A DNA stretch of 63,961 nucleotides, the filler included, from Octopus bimaculoides (lineage: Eukaryota): the NCBI RefSeq assembly GCF_001194135.2. It is 8 parts of 8 records of this genome, joined end to end, with 100 filler letters (N's around TTAATTAATTAA, not from the genome) between each part and the next. Parts side by side here need not be neighbours in the genome. Positions count along the whole stretch, not along the records: positions 51,249 to 54,156 come from NC_068996.1; positions 54,257 to 60,764 come from NC_068987.1; positions 60,865 to 63,961 come from NC_068983.1; 5 more parts are not named here. The stretch is one strand, 5' to 3'. Numbering within the stretch: the first letter of the stretch is position 1; each line of letters starts with the position of its first letter. The notes beneath the pieces were generated by a model that did not search any database, had not been told where the DNA came from, and saw nothing but the letters and a program-made list of their open reading frames with translations. The position numbers were made by a program, and so were the translations under genes. Below are positions 51,431 through 61,813 of this stretch, piece by piece.

Positions 51431-52258
51431 TATATATAAGGTGATTAAAATCAAAATAAGCAACAGGATATCCAGAGGTGATGCAGTACGATCGTTTCAA
51501 GCGACTCCATTTAATTGGACAATGCAGCCATTACATCAATTTTAATGCAGAGCAATCCCCGGCTGCATAAATACTCTACTTATTCCTTTCCTAAAGTGTT
51601 CCACCCTCCTGGTCTTAGTATTTATAAGGGCCTTTATGCAAGTAGGTCTTCTAATTAAGTACCTCTAAGAAACTATAATATCATGTATGGATTAACACTA
51701 AAAACTCTTAAAACCTATAGTATATCTCTTAGTTTATAATTAGTATATACTTAACATGTCTTATAACACCAATATTCCTTTAGTTAATACCAGGTATCAG
51801 ACTTTATTGATACAAGCTAAATAAGTAAATAAACAATTTTTAGTTTAAATACTTTAATTATTATACATTTTCTATAAATTTTCTCTATTGATGTTAATAA
51901 GGTATGTATATACTTCATCATATATATACTTCATCATGGTTTTAGTGATTAGGCTATTTTATTCCTTTTCTATGGTGTTCTGTCCTACCTGATCATTTTA
52001 TTGTTTTATAATAGCCTACATGAAATAAACCTAATTTTTGTACCCCTAGAAATTCGTTCTTAGCTTATATTAGACAATACCGGTCTCTTCACAACTTAAA
52101 ATAATCTGCTTAGATTATAATTTAATTAATATATAGTTAGCATGTTCGTTCGCCTCATTACTCCTTTATTAAATGCCAGTAAATGCCAATGATCAATCTT
52201 CATAGATACCACCTAATAAGTTCTATATTTAAGAGATGAGGAATTATGTACATTATTT

Positions 52259-52421
52259 ACAATTGACGGATATTTGTCCTCATCTTGTTTGTTGTTAAAA
52301 CAAGGTTTCGGCTGATATACCCTCCAGCCTTCATCAGGTGTCTTGGGGAAATTTCGAACCTGGGTTCTCATTTCTAAGGTATTTTACGATGTTATTCATA
52401 TTATTACTATTATCATTATTA

Positions 52422-52456
<35 letters not shown>

Positions 52457-53243
52457 GGAGGTTGTTATGTCCTAGCATATGTGCTGCTTCTTTTAGTTTT
52501 CGTATTTTCCAGTGGTACTCTCTGTCTATTATTTTAACTTCATCTCACAGTATTCAAGTGTAATACAACACTTCGCAAATATCTCCTTCGAGTAAAACTA
52601 CCAATAGAAGAGAATATGACTAAGAACTGCGTGTACTCCATCCCATGCNNNNNNNNNNNNNNNNNNNNNNNNNNNNNNNNNNNNNNNNNNNNNNNNNNNN
52701 NNNNNNNNNNNNNNNNNNNNNNNNNNNNNNNNNGCAGTTCTTAGTCATATTCTCTTCTATTGGTAGTTTTACTCGAAGGAGATATTTGCGAAGTGTTGTA
52801 TTACACTTGAATACTGTGAGATGAAGTTAAAATAATAGACAGAGAGTACCACTGGAAAATACGAAAACTAAAAGAAGCAGCACATATGCTAGGACACAAC
52901 AACCTCCTAAGCAGACCGAGTGCAGATATGAATAGCATATGGGAACAGGTATTAAGGAAGGATAGGAAAATATTAGATTTATAAGCCCTAAAATTCACTC
53001 CATAATTGCCCACGGGCATATGGCGTAGTGGTTAAGAGCGAGAATAATAATAATGACAAGAACAACATCAATAATCATAATAATGATGATAATAACAACA
53101 ACGACAACAACATCGAAAAATCCCTTAGGAATGAGAACCCAGGTTCGAAATTTCCCCAAGACACCTGATGAAGGCTGGAGGGTATATCAGCCGAAACGTT
53201 ATGTTAACAACAAACAAGATGAGGACAAATATCCGTCAATTGT
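52259..53243. mobile_element. Penelope-like element fragments in a nested inverted arrangement
   Basis: GIY-YIG-region peptides VFKCNTTLRKYLLRVKLPIEENMTKNCVYSIPC and KIIDREYHWKIRKLKEAAHMLGHNNLLSRPSADMNSIWEQVLRK. Inner arms 52456-52630 and 52734-52908; outer pLTR-like arms 52259-52393 and 53109-53243. Confidence 0.8.
53160..53205 (+). ncRNA. Minimal type I hammerhead-ribozyme-like motif (family P2), degenerate
   Basis: GACAC CTGATGA A GGCTG-loop-CAGCC GAAA CGTT ATGTT. A second copy lies at 52297-52342 (-). Confidence 0.55.
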
Positions 53244-54124
53244 TAATATTTAAGTATATAGTATGTATAAATATTAAACTATTTCTATGTAATTTCTTTC
53301 CTCCCTCTATTGTGGTAAAATTTGGTATATACTCAAAAGTATTTTGAAAAATTTTATCCTTTTGTTATAATATTCTTCTTAATAATCTTCTTGGTAACCC
53401 TAAATTTTAACTTTATACAATATAGCAATATTGTTTAAAATATTCAACTATAGTACCCCATGATAAAATTTCTCCTGTACTATCATCATTGGTTTACTAG
53501 AGTCTTGCCCCTTTAACTGACAGCTAACTTCTTGATTTAAGATTTCCTTTACCAAATCTCATTATATTGCTTCAAATTAATCTTGATATTTTTACGACTA
53601 TCCCCACTATGATTTCTATCGACTCCCTCATCCCCTTTCCTAGCCGACACTGCTCCTTGTTCCCTGGCCTTAGGTTTTTGATATACAAAGATTTGATAAA
53701 CAAGACTATTAATTAAAACTGACCCCAAAAAACATTGACAAGCTAGATCTCTAACAAGTCTTTCTTCCTGATACCGTGATAGCTTCTAAGCTGAAGTGAA
53801 ATGAGCATGTTCTTTGTCTATCGCCTTACCTTCTTGGAGGTTTTAGGTAAAATTATACTAATGTGTCCATCTGTTTTAATTTAATTTAATTTCATCCTAT
53901 GTCTTTATGCAGCTGAGGATTGCTCTGCATTTAAATTGATGTAATGATTGCATTGTTCAGTTAAATGGAGTTGCTTGAAACGATCGTACTGCATTACCTC
54001 TGGATATCCTTGTTGCTTATTTTGATTTTAATCACCTTACTTTGAAATTGCATGGATAATACTGTACTAAATTCTGGTGCCGCAGCTTAAGTACCTAATT
54101 CATATGAATCTAAATTTTTGCTTA

Positions 54125-54156
<32 letters not shown>

Positions 54157-54256
54157 NNNNNNNNNNNNNNNNNNNNNNNNNNNNNNNNNNNNNNNNNNNN
54201 TTAATTAATTAANNNNNNNNNNNNNNNNNNNNNNNNNNNNNNNNNNNNNNNNNNNN
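54157..54256. other. Artificial scaffold-joining spacer 6
   Basis: 44 N + TTAATTAATTAA (54201-54212) + 44 N. Confidence 0.95.
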
Positions 54257-54601
54257 CGGATTTTGTTGGGTAGCCAGATTAGCAAGTTGCTTGTAAACAG
54301 TGGCAGTCTGATTGGTCAGGAACACTTGTGCCATGCGTTGTTCAGGTACAGCATTAGCAGCCACAAACGTACGGAATCATGACCAGTAATCAGGCCATAG
54401 TTCTGACGTTGAATCAAATGCAGCAAATGGTGGAATCGACACTGTTGTCGAAGCAGCTGAAAAATAGCCACTGGGATCGCTTTCAACTTGTCGAGCACCA
54501 GACAGTTTTAACAGAGTGTCCATATCTCTCTGATGTTGCATTTGCTTTTCCATTTGTTCCCTAAACAATTTTATAAGCTCTACAGTCTGTTTTTCAGCCA
54601 T
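54257..54601 (-). pseudogene. Ty3/Gypsy gag N-terminus with a premature stop
   Basis: MAEKQTVELIKL...IPPFAAFDSTSELWPDYWS*FRTFVAANAVPEQRMAQVFLTNQ carries the FxxFDxxxxxWxxY motif of Gypsy gag. It lies downstream of a PBS. Confidence 0.8.
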
Positions 54602-54642
54602 TGTTATTACGATAAACAGTTTTACGGTAAAGTAAGCATGTA

Positions 54643-54660
54643 ATCCTATCGGTGACGCCA
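54643..54660 (-). promoter_or_regulatory. Primer-binding site (tRNA-Ser-like)
   Basis: TGGCGTCACCGATAGGAT, 18 nt, is complementary to a tRNA 3' end ...ATCCTATCGGTGACG-CCA. It lies between the putative LTR and gag. Confidence 0.75.
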
Positions 54661-54668
54661 ATAAACTC

Positions 54669-54989
54669 TGTTGTATTCCTCTCAGGAGACTCGCAGAGAA
54701 AAGACAATGAGTTGTACAATTTNNNNNNNNNNGTATTCCTCTCAGGAGACTCGCAGAGAAAAGACAATGAGTTGTACAATTTAATTATTACATTCATTAT
54801 TCAATTACATACAAAGAACGCACTCACCGAAAGTTCAATGTTAATAAAACAAGAGTCATGTCCGCCATATATATCAATGATATTTTACTCCCCAGTCATT
54901 CAGAACAACAATGAAAACAAGGAACTCAGACGAACCACACTGAAACATGAGACGTCAGACGAATAACAAATCTAACAGTCCCTATAACA
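54669..54989 (-). mobile_element. Putative 5' LTR (boundaries approximate)
   Basis: Reads TGTT...AACA on the minus strand, just upstream of the PBS. It contains a 50-bp assembly overlap duplication. Confidence 0.5.
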
Positions 54990-55019
54990 GAAACTAAAAG
55001 AATCCTGTCATAATACATA

Positions 55020-56030
55020 TATGTATGTGTGTGTATGTTTGTCACCACCACTTGACAACTGGTATTGGTTTCTTTATATCCCTGTAACTTAGCAGTTTGG
55101 CAGAGACCAGCAGAATAAGTTCCAGGCTTAAAAATATTATTATAGGAATTGATTTGCTTGACTAAAACCCTTCAAGGTGTCCCAGCATGGCTGCAGGTCA
55201 ATAACCGAAACAAATAGAAAAAAAAAGATTTTGACCCTACCAATTTATATTAACATTGAACATCAGTAATAATTCTTGTCATTATCCTTAGAGTTACAAC
55301 ACTTTTGATCATTATTTTGTCTGACAGAGTCCCCTGTGAACTAAACAACAATAACTATTGGTATTAAAGTGCTTACATAATGTTCCCTAACATTAGGTGT
55401 GGCAGTGTGTTAAGAAGCTTGCTTCCTACAACATGGCTCCAGGTTCAGTCCCACTGTGTGGCACTTCGCGCAAGTGTTTTCTATTGTAGCCTCAGGCCAA
55501 CCAAAGCTTTGTGAGTGTATTTGGTAGATGAAAATCAATAGAATCCCATCGTAGATATATATTTATGTGTGTGTGTGTGTCTGTCTCTGTGTTTGTCCCC
55601 ATAACTTAGCGGTTTGACAAAAGACCAATAGAATAAGTACTAGGCTTACAAAGAATAAGTCTTAGAGTCAATTTCTTCGACTAAAACCCCATACACTCAC
55701 CAAACATCTCAATAACTTGATACCGTCCAAGTTAACCCTCTTCACCTATACAAACCGTCTAATAGACGAGGGGGGGGGACATTTGCTAGTATATATATAT
55801 ATTACTTGTTGCAGTCATTAGACTACAGTCTTGCTGGGGTACTGCCTTGAAGAATTTTAGTCGAACGAATCGACACCAGTATTTATTTTTTGTAAAGCGC
55901 GGTACTTATCCTATCGGGTCTTTTGCCGGACCGTTAGTTACAGAGCTTAAAATACACCAACGTTGGTTGTCAAGCAGTGGTCGTGGACAAGCACGAACAA
56001 ACAGACATACACACACACATACATACATAC
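55020..56030. mobile_element. Three SINE family A fragments
   Basis: About 55020-55215 (+, tail), 55395-55685 (+) and 55810-56030 (-). Confidence 0.75.
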
Positions 56031-56043
56031 ATACATACATACA

Positions 56044-56076
<33 letters not shown>

Positions 56077-56093
56077 GCATACACATACATGCA

Positions 56094-56129
<36 letters not shown>

Positions 56130-57119
56130 TNNNNNNNNNNNNNNNNNNNNNNNNNNNNNNNNNNNNNNNNNNNNNNNNNNNNNNNNNNNNNNNNNNNNNN
56201 NNNNNNNNNNNNNNNNNNNNNNNNNNNNNNNNNNNNNNNNNNNNNNNNNNNNNNNNNNNNNNNNNNNNNNNNNNNNNNNNNNNNNNNNNNNNNNNNNNNN
56301 NNNNNNNNNNNNNNNNNNNNNNNNNNNNNNNNNNNNNNNNNNNNNNNNNNNNNNNNNNNNNNNNNNNNNNNNNNNNNNNNNNNNNNNNNNNNNNNNNNNN
56401 NNNNNNNNNNNNNNNNNNNNNNNNNNNNNNNNNNNNNNNNNNNNNNNNNNNNNNNNNCCTTTCACTATTGTTCATCTCACCAGAATCGATTTGGGGAACA
56501 CATGCATAAATTTAAAAGAGAAAAATTCAGTTTTGTTCAGCGTGTATAGACATAGTGAAAGAGAAATAGATCATATAATTTAGTACATGGATTCATAAGC
56601 TTTCTTTTCATTGCTCAGATAACTAAAGATTCCCTAAGATACAGTGATTTGACTAATCGGAACCGGTAGTAATCAGGACACTGGTCAGCTCTGGACTCAT
56701 GCTAGTGATATATATTTCATCAAATAATGCAAAGTTCTTTAAAAGACATAAAAACAATCTTTTTTTTTTTGTGAAACTGAATTGGAACAGTACTAAACAT
56801 TACCATGAACCATATGTTTGAAACCCTTATTTAGTCTTGTTGCCAATGATACTGCACCGACAACTTAGTATGAACTGTAACCTATATATCCATGGTTGAG
56901 AAAGACTTGTCTCAGCTGTCACTTATAACAATAGCTATTCTGAGCATAATTATAGTGAATGAGTGCCGACTACTGTTAATAATAGTACTCGTAGTCGAGG
57001 TAGTGGTAGTTATGATAGCAGTGGTGGTTGAGCTGGATACTTCATTGCATAAGGTTACTACTATCCTAAATATTCTGAACAGAAACTTGCATGCAAATAT
57101 ATATACATATATGCTTGTG

Positions 57120-57151
<32 letters not shown>

Positions 57152-57171
57152 NNNNNNNNNNCGAAGAGATC

Positions 57172-57285
57172 GCAGAGCAACATGAGATGAAGTGTTTTGC
57201 TCAAGAATACAACACGCCACTCGGTCTAAGAATTGAAATCACATTCTCGCGATCACGAGTGCAACACCCTAACAACTAGGCCATA
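57172..57285 (-). mobile_element. tRNA-headed SINE 5' fragment (further family)
   Basis: Minus strand TGGCCTAGTTGTTAGGGTGTTGCACTC...TTCTTGAGCAAAACACTT has an A-box-like start. Confidence 0.6.
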
Positions 57286-57350
57286 TATATATATATATAT
57301 ATAAGCGTATGTATGTGTGTGTGTGAGTATATAAATATATATATATAGAA

Positions 57351-57383
<33 letters not shown>

Positions 57384-57549
57384 TTGTGCAAAAAAAGGGT
57401 TTTTTTAAGAAGGGAAATTAGTTAAGAGAAAACAAATAGAGTGTATTAGGTTTAGTCATGAAAAATAGAAGGAACAGTCTTTGCGTTTTGAGCATACGCC
57501 CTTCTATATAAAGGGAAAACGAGGAGAGAAAAATAAACGCGTCTCAGAA

Positions 57550-57750
57550 TCTCAGTTGTAGAAATGAGTTGCAACGTTACTGGTGCCAAGATGCCTTTCC
57601 CTTGGATAAGATCGGTGGCGTAGAGAGGAGAGGGTGGTATGCATGGGCGACTGCTGGTCTTCCATAAACAACCTTGCCCGGACTTGTATCTCGGAGGGTA
57701 ACTTTCTAGGTGCAATCCCATGGTCATTCATGACCGAAGGGGTCTTTACC
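57550..57750 (-). mobile_element. Repeat resembling an RTE 5' leader
   Basis: GGTAAAGACCCCTTCGGTCATGAATGACCATGGG...CAAGGGAAAGGC...TTGGCACCAG resembles RTE 5' ends as I recall them. Only one copy is present here. Confidence 0.45.
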
Positions 57751-57839
57751 CTTTTTACACACACATATACACGCACGTGTATGTATGTACGTATGTATGT
57801 TTGTACGTGTATATGATTTTTCTTTAAATTTTATGTAAG

Positions 57840-58720
57840 TTCTTAAGACAGTTCAAGCTGGTCGCTAACAGAGCAAGAAGACTTTAGTTGAGAGTTCCTG
57901 GTGTTTGTAAATACGTGGTTAAGTCGGTGCATTTGGTTGAGCTGTCAATGCACACGCCCGAGTGAGTGCATCTATTCGCCTAAAGAATCTCAGATGGAGA
58001 ATATCTGGAATGTCTTATAAATCTTCACTGTGCCACTAATAGATTGGATTTGAAGAATCTACGTAAGTTTCTTTTGCTTTTTCTTGGAAAAACCTAGTTT
58101 TTCTAGGTTTTTTGCCTAAATTTGTAGGTACATAGCCTAATGCACCTCTGATGATAGGTACAAATGAGAATTCATAGTCAGGGTCCAAAAGCTGTAAGTT
58201 CCTTATTAATTCACGATAAATGTATTTTTCCTGGACTTTTGATGGTCCATTCACATCCGCTGGACAGCTGGCCTCTACAACAGTGCATGACTTAAGTTCC
58301 CAGTCCTATGGAACAATATTAGGTCTGTTATGTTTGCATAGAATTGCTGTCTTTATTGGAGCGTTTCATCAGTATTCCTTGGTTTTAAATGTGTAAATAC
58401 ATGCTGGTTCTGACATACCTTTAATGTAAATGTCAAAGCAATCCTTCCTGCAAATAGCATTGTAAATAGTCTTTGTAACTATATCATGCCTCAGGAGCAA
58501 GTAGTGTCGTGTAGACCTTTTGGAGCAGCTGCTGATGATGTGGGTGACAGCTTCCACACTAATATAGCAAAGCTGACGTTATCTATCACAACATGGAGGT
58601 TTAGTAGTATCTTTGTCTCTCCTGTTTATCGAACGCCTTATCGTAGACGACGAAAGTTATTCAGAGTCAGCTTGCATCCTGTCGCTTGTTCTATAAGTTG
58701 TGTTAGAGTGACTATGTATT
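57840..58720 (-). mobile_element. RLE-type (R4/Dong/NeSL-like) LINE, 3' region with zinc knuckle and endonuclease
   Basis: LCYISVEAVTHIISSC (CCHC relic), RHDIV, HNRPNIV...VEASCPADVN...KYIYRELI...FVPIIRGALGYVP, with several stops. Confidence 0.85.
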
Positions 58721-59943
58721 CCATCATGCTGTAGTTTTTATGAAAACCTGCTTACTCCCTCGATTGCTGGTCATCGAAATGTTTCGATATTCTAGAGCAG
58801 TAATTCCCAACATGGGGCATACGTCCCACCGACGCGGCATGGGAAAATAGTAGTGGAACATGAGACACAAAATTATTTTTCTTTTGTTTTTTTCTGTTAG
58901 TGGGACATGGTGTTGTGAAAATCGTTTCTTCACAACATACTACACCTATATTCAGCCTAGTTAAACTAACCATTCCAGCCAAGTACACTGTGTAAACACT
59001 GCTACAGTATAGCGCTATTCTAATGCCTTAGTGTGGACATTCCATTTAGCAAAGCATGTAATTATGAGAAGTCTATAAATTATTAATCTTTTTAAGCACT
59101 TTATATAAATATTTTGTTCAAAATGAAAGGTGCCAAGATGTGACTATGTACAGCAAAGGAACTGTAGTGACGTCATATTGGCGCCAAAAGGCTGACGCCA
59201 TTGCTGAATCCTTAACCACGCATGCGTGGGTTTAAACATCGAAGCGTTCCCGCTATTAGACTGTCTCTTACCAAGGCAGACAGCGACCAAGCAAGACGTC
59301 TAAGCAAGCTATCCCATTTGAGTGTGGTTGAACCAAGTTGTCTCTATAACGACNNNNNNNNNNNNNNNNNNNNNNNNNNNNNNNNNNNNNNNNNNNNNNN
59401 NNNNNNNNNNNNNNNNNNNNNNNNNNNNNNNNNNNNNNNNNNNNNNNNNNNNNNNNNNNNNNNNNNNNNNNNNNNNNNNNNNNNNNNNNNNNNNNNNNNN
59501 NNNNNNNNNNNNNNNNNNNNNNNNNNNNNNNNNNNNNNNNNNNNNNNNNNNNNNNNNNNNNNNNNNNNNNNNNNNNNNNNNNNNNNNNNNNNNNNNNNNN
59601 NNNNNNNNNNNNNNNNNNNNNNNNNNNNNNNNNNNNNNNNNNNNNNNNNNNNNNNNNNNNNNNNNNNNNNNNNNNNNNNNNNNNNNNNNNNNNNNNNNNN
59701 NNNNNNNNNNNNNNNNNNNNNNNNNNNNNNNNNNNNNNNNNNNNNNNNNNNNNNNNNNNNNNNNNNNNNNNNNNNNNNNNNNNNNNNNNNNNNNNNNNNN
59801 NNNNNNNNNNNNNNNNNNNNNNNNNNNNNNNNNNNNNNNNNNNNNNNNNNNNNNNNNNNNNNNNNNNNNNNNNNNNNNNNNNNNNNNNNNNNNNNNNNNN
59901 NNNNNNNNNNNNNNNNNNNNNNNNNNNNNNNNNNNGGTTCTTA

Positions 59944-60764
59944 TTGTGCACATACATTACAGAGGAAAACAGAAAGGTACAGAAAAAAAATAGTGTGTTT
60001 CCTTTTCCATTTGCGGTGAAATTTTTTTTGGCCTTTTACATATTTTACACGTTTTTCGTTATTGTTTCTTCGTATTTTACCTTTGACGGAATCATTACCA
60101 ATATGTGTGGGTTGCCAAGCCTGCTTTCATTCGCCGGAGAGACTCGACTTGTTTCAAATTGCTCTGAGTCCTCCACGGACACACCACGTACTGTTTCCGC
60201 AGATCCTGCAAGGCAGTCCTCTTCAGTGACCAATGAGGATTTGCTACGTAGCATTCAGGAGCTCACTCGCACCGTAAATAACCTCTGTTTCTCGAGATCT
60301 CGTGGTGGTTCCCAATCTCGTAGCGTTTCCCGGTCTCGAAAATTTTCTCGAGATCGGGGAGCTACCTGGAAGAAGCAAGGTCTGTGTTGGTACCACGCAA
60401 ACTTTTCGAACAAGGCGACAAAATGTATCCAGCCTTGTTCGTTCAAGGCGTCGGGAAACGAGTAAAGGAGAAAGTGCGCACGTCACTTTCCTCCACCGAA
60501 CCTGTTTTTAATCGTGCAATATTCGTCCAGGACCAAGTGTCGAAGAAATTCTTCATGGTTGACACTGGTTCCTGTTGTAGTATTTGGCCGCTTCGTCTAA
60601 CAGTCGACAAACCTCGCCGTTCTGAAATCGTTTTGCACGCTGTTGATTCATCTCCGATTCCTACTTTTGGTCAGCTTTCTCTACCTTTAGACATTGGTCT
60701 TCGCAGAGACTTTCAATGGGTTTTTGTCATAGCTGACATTCCACATTCCATTTTGGGTGCAGAT
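59944..60764 (+). mobile_element. Ty3/Gypsy (CsRn1-like) gag C-terminus and protease, truncated at the scaffold end
   Basis: The gag frame ends ...CWYHANFSNKATKCIQPCSFKASGNE* (CHCC knuckle). The -1 frame gives FFMVDTGSCCSIWP...VFVIADIPHSILGAD (aspartic protease DTG and ILGAD). Gag similarity is evident only from about 60090. Confidence 0.9.
60453..60517 (+). promoter_or_regulatory. -1 programmed ribosomal frameshift signal
   Basis: G GGA AAC at 60453-60459 is in the gag frame. A 7-nt spacer precedes the stem GGAG-AAAGTG / CACTTT-C-CTCC (60467-60494). The loop GCACG is complementary to CGTGC at 60513-60517. Confidence 0.75.
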
Positions 60765-60864
60765 NNNNNNNNNNNNNNNNNNNNNNNNNNNNNNNNNNNN
60801 NNNNNNNNTTAATTAATTAANNNNNNNNNNNNNNNNNNNNNNNNNNNNNNNNNNNNNNNNNNNN
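60765..60864. other. Artificial scaffold-joining spacer 7
   Basis: 44 N + TTAATTAATTAA (60809-60820) + 44 N. Confidence 0.95.
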
Positions 60865-61150
60865 ATACCTAAAGCTCCACGAGGCTCTGGCAGGGGATGG
60901 TGGTGAACCCTGCTGTACTCTTTCACCACAACTTTCTCTCACTCTTACTTCCTGTTTCTGTTGTGCCTGTAATTCAAAGGGCCAGCTTTGTCACACTGTG
61001 TCACGCTGAATATCCCCGAGAACTACGTTAAGGGTACACGTGTCTGTGGAGTGCTCAGCCACTTGCACGTTAATTTCACAAGCAGGCTGTTCCGTTGATC
61101 GGATCAACTGGAACCCTCGACGTCGTAAGCGACGGAGTGCCAACAACAAC
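60865..61150 (+). mobile_element. SINE family B copy, head cut off by the scaffold start
   Basis: Near-identical to 8555-8809. It ends GACGGAGTGCCAACAACAAC. Confidence 0.88.
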
Positions 61151-61254
61151 AGTCATGATGGGTATAATGGGCTTCGTATATTTTACCCCAGTGTCACTTT
61201 GATGTCAAGGAGTGCTCTCTCACTCAATAATAATAATAATACACGCAATACAAG

Positions 61255-61380
61255 AACACGCTCGTATTAGTTTAACGCTCGGGAAGTGAAAAAGTCTTTA
61301 ACGTTTCGAGCCTACGCTCTCCCACAGAAAGGAACACAGAAAGAAACAAGGAAGGAAAATAAAGAATGTGTAGTGGCTAG
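61255..61380 (-). mobile_element. Penelope-type repeat family P1 copy
   Basis: Reverse complement CTTTCTGTGGGAGAGCGTAGGCTCGAAACGTTAAAGAC. Confidence 0.6.
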
Positions 61381-61652
61381 CGATCTATCCTGGTGAATGC
61401 CAGACAGAGGAGTCACACAGGAGAGCAAGGAAGAAGGGGAGATAATAAAGTAATGGTAATACCAAAATGAAGGTGCGCGTGCGTGTGTATAAGAGAGCAT
61501 GTATGTGCGTGTGGATGAGGGCTGGTGACCTTGATGTCTGTGTGTGTGCATGTGTAGGTGTGTGGGTGATGGTGTGGGGCTGAGAAGTGGTCAGTGCTAG
61601 TGTGTGTATGGTAGTGTGATGTGATGTGTTGTGAGGTGTGGTGTGGTGGCGT

Positions 61653-61813
61653 AACAACAATATAAAATAAAATGGGAATATAAAATCCTGAGCAGAAAAG
61701 AAAAGAAAAAGTTTATTTTTATTTCTTTACATGAAAATCTGTGTATTTCTTTTTCTTTTTCTTTTCGTTTCTGCTCAGGATTTTATAGTCTCATTTTATT
61801 TTATATTGTTGTT
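61653..61813. repeat. Short inverted-repeat element (MITE-like)
   Basis: 46-bp arms at 61653-61698 and 61768-61813 with 2 mismatches. Confidence 0.8.

Larger units (their letters stand above)
51437..54039. mobile_element. 2.6-kb region bounded by 135-bp inverted repeats (putative non-autonomous DNA transposon)
   Basis: Arms 51437-51571 and 53904-54039 differ by about 9 substitutions and 1 indel. The termini are TAAGGTGATT...AATCACCTTA. A third, more diverged copy lies at 63841-63961. Confidence 0.6.

Noticed and set aside
54673-54782. Exact 50-bp direct repeat on either side of a 10-N gap
   Set aside because: Typical unmerged contig overlap. A similar case occurs at about 19495-19600.
54257-60764. 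The two Gypsy pieces as parts of one element
   Set aside because: They are on opposite strands, point away from each other and have different gag types. Both simply run off the scaffold ends.
18208-60820. TTAATTAATTAA recurring seven times, as a biological repeat or CRISPR-like motif
   Set aside because: It is always centred in exactly 44+44 N and stops all six frames, so it is a synthetic linker.
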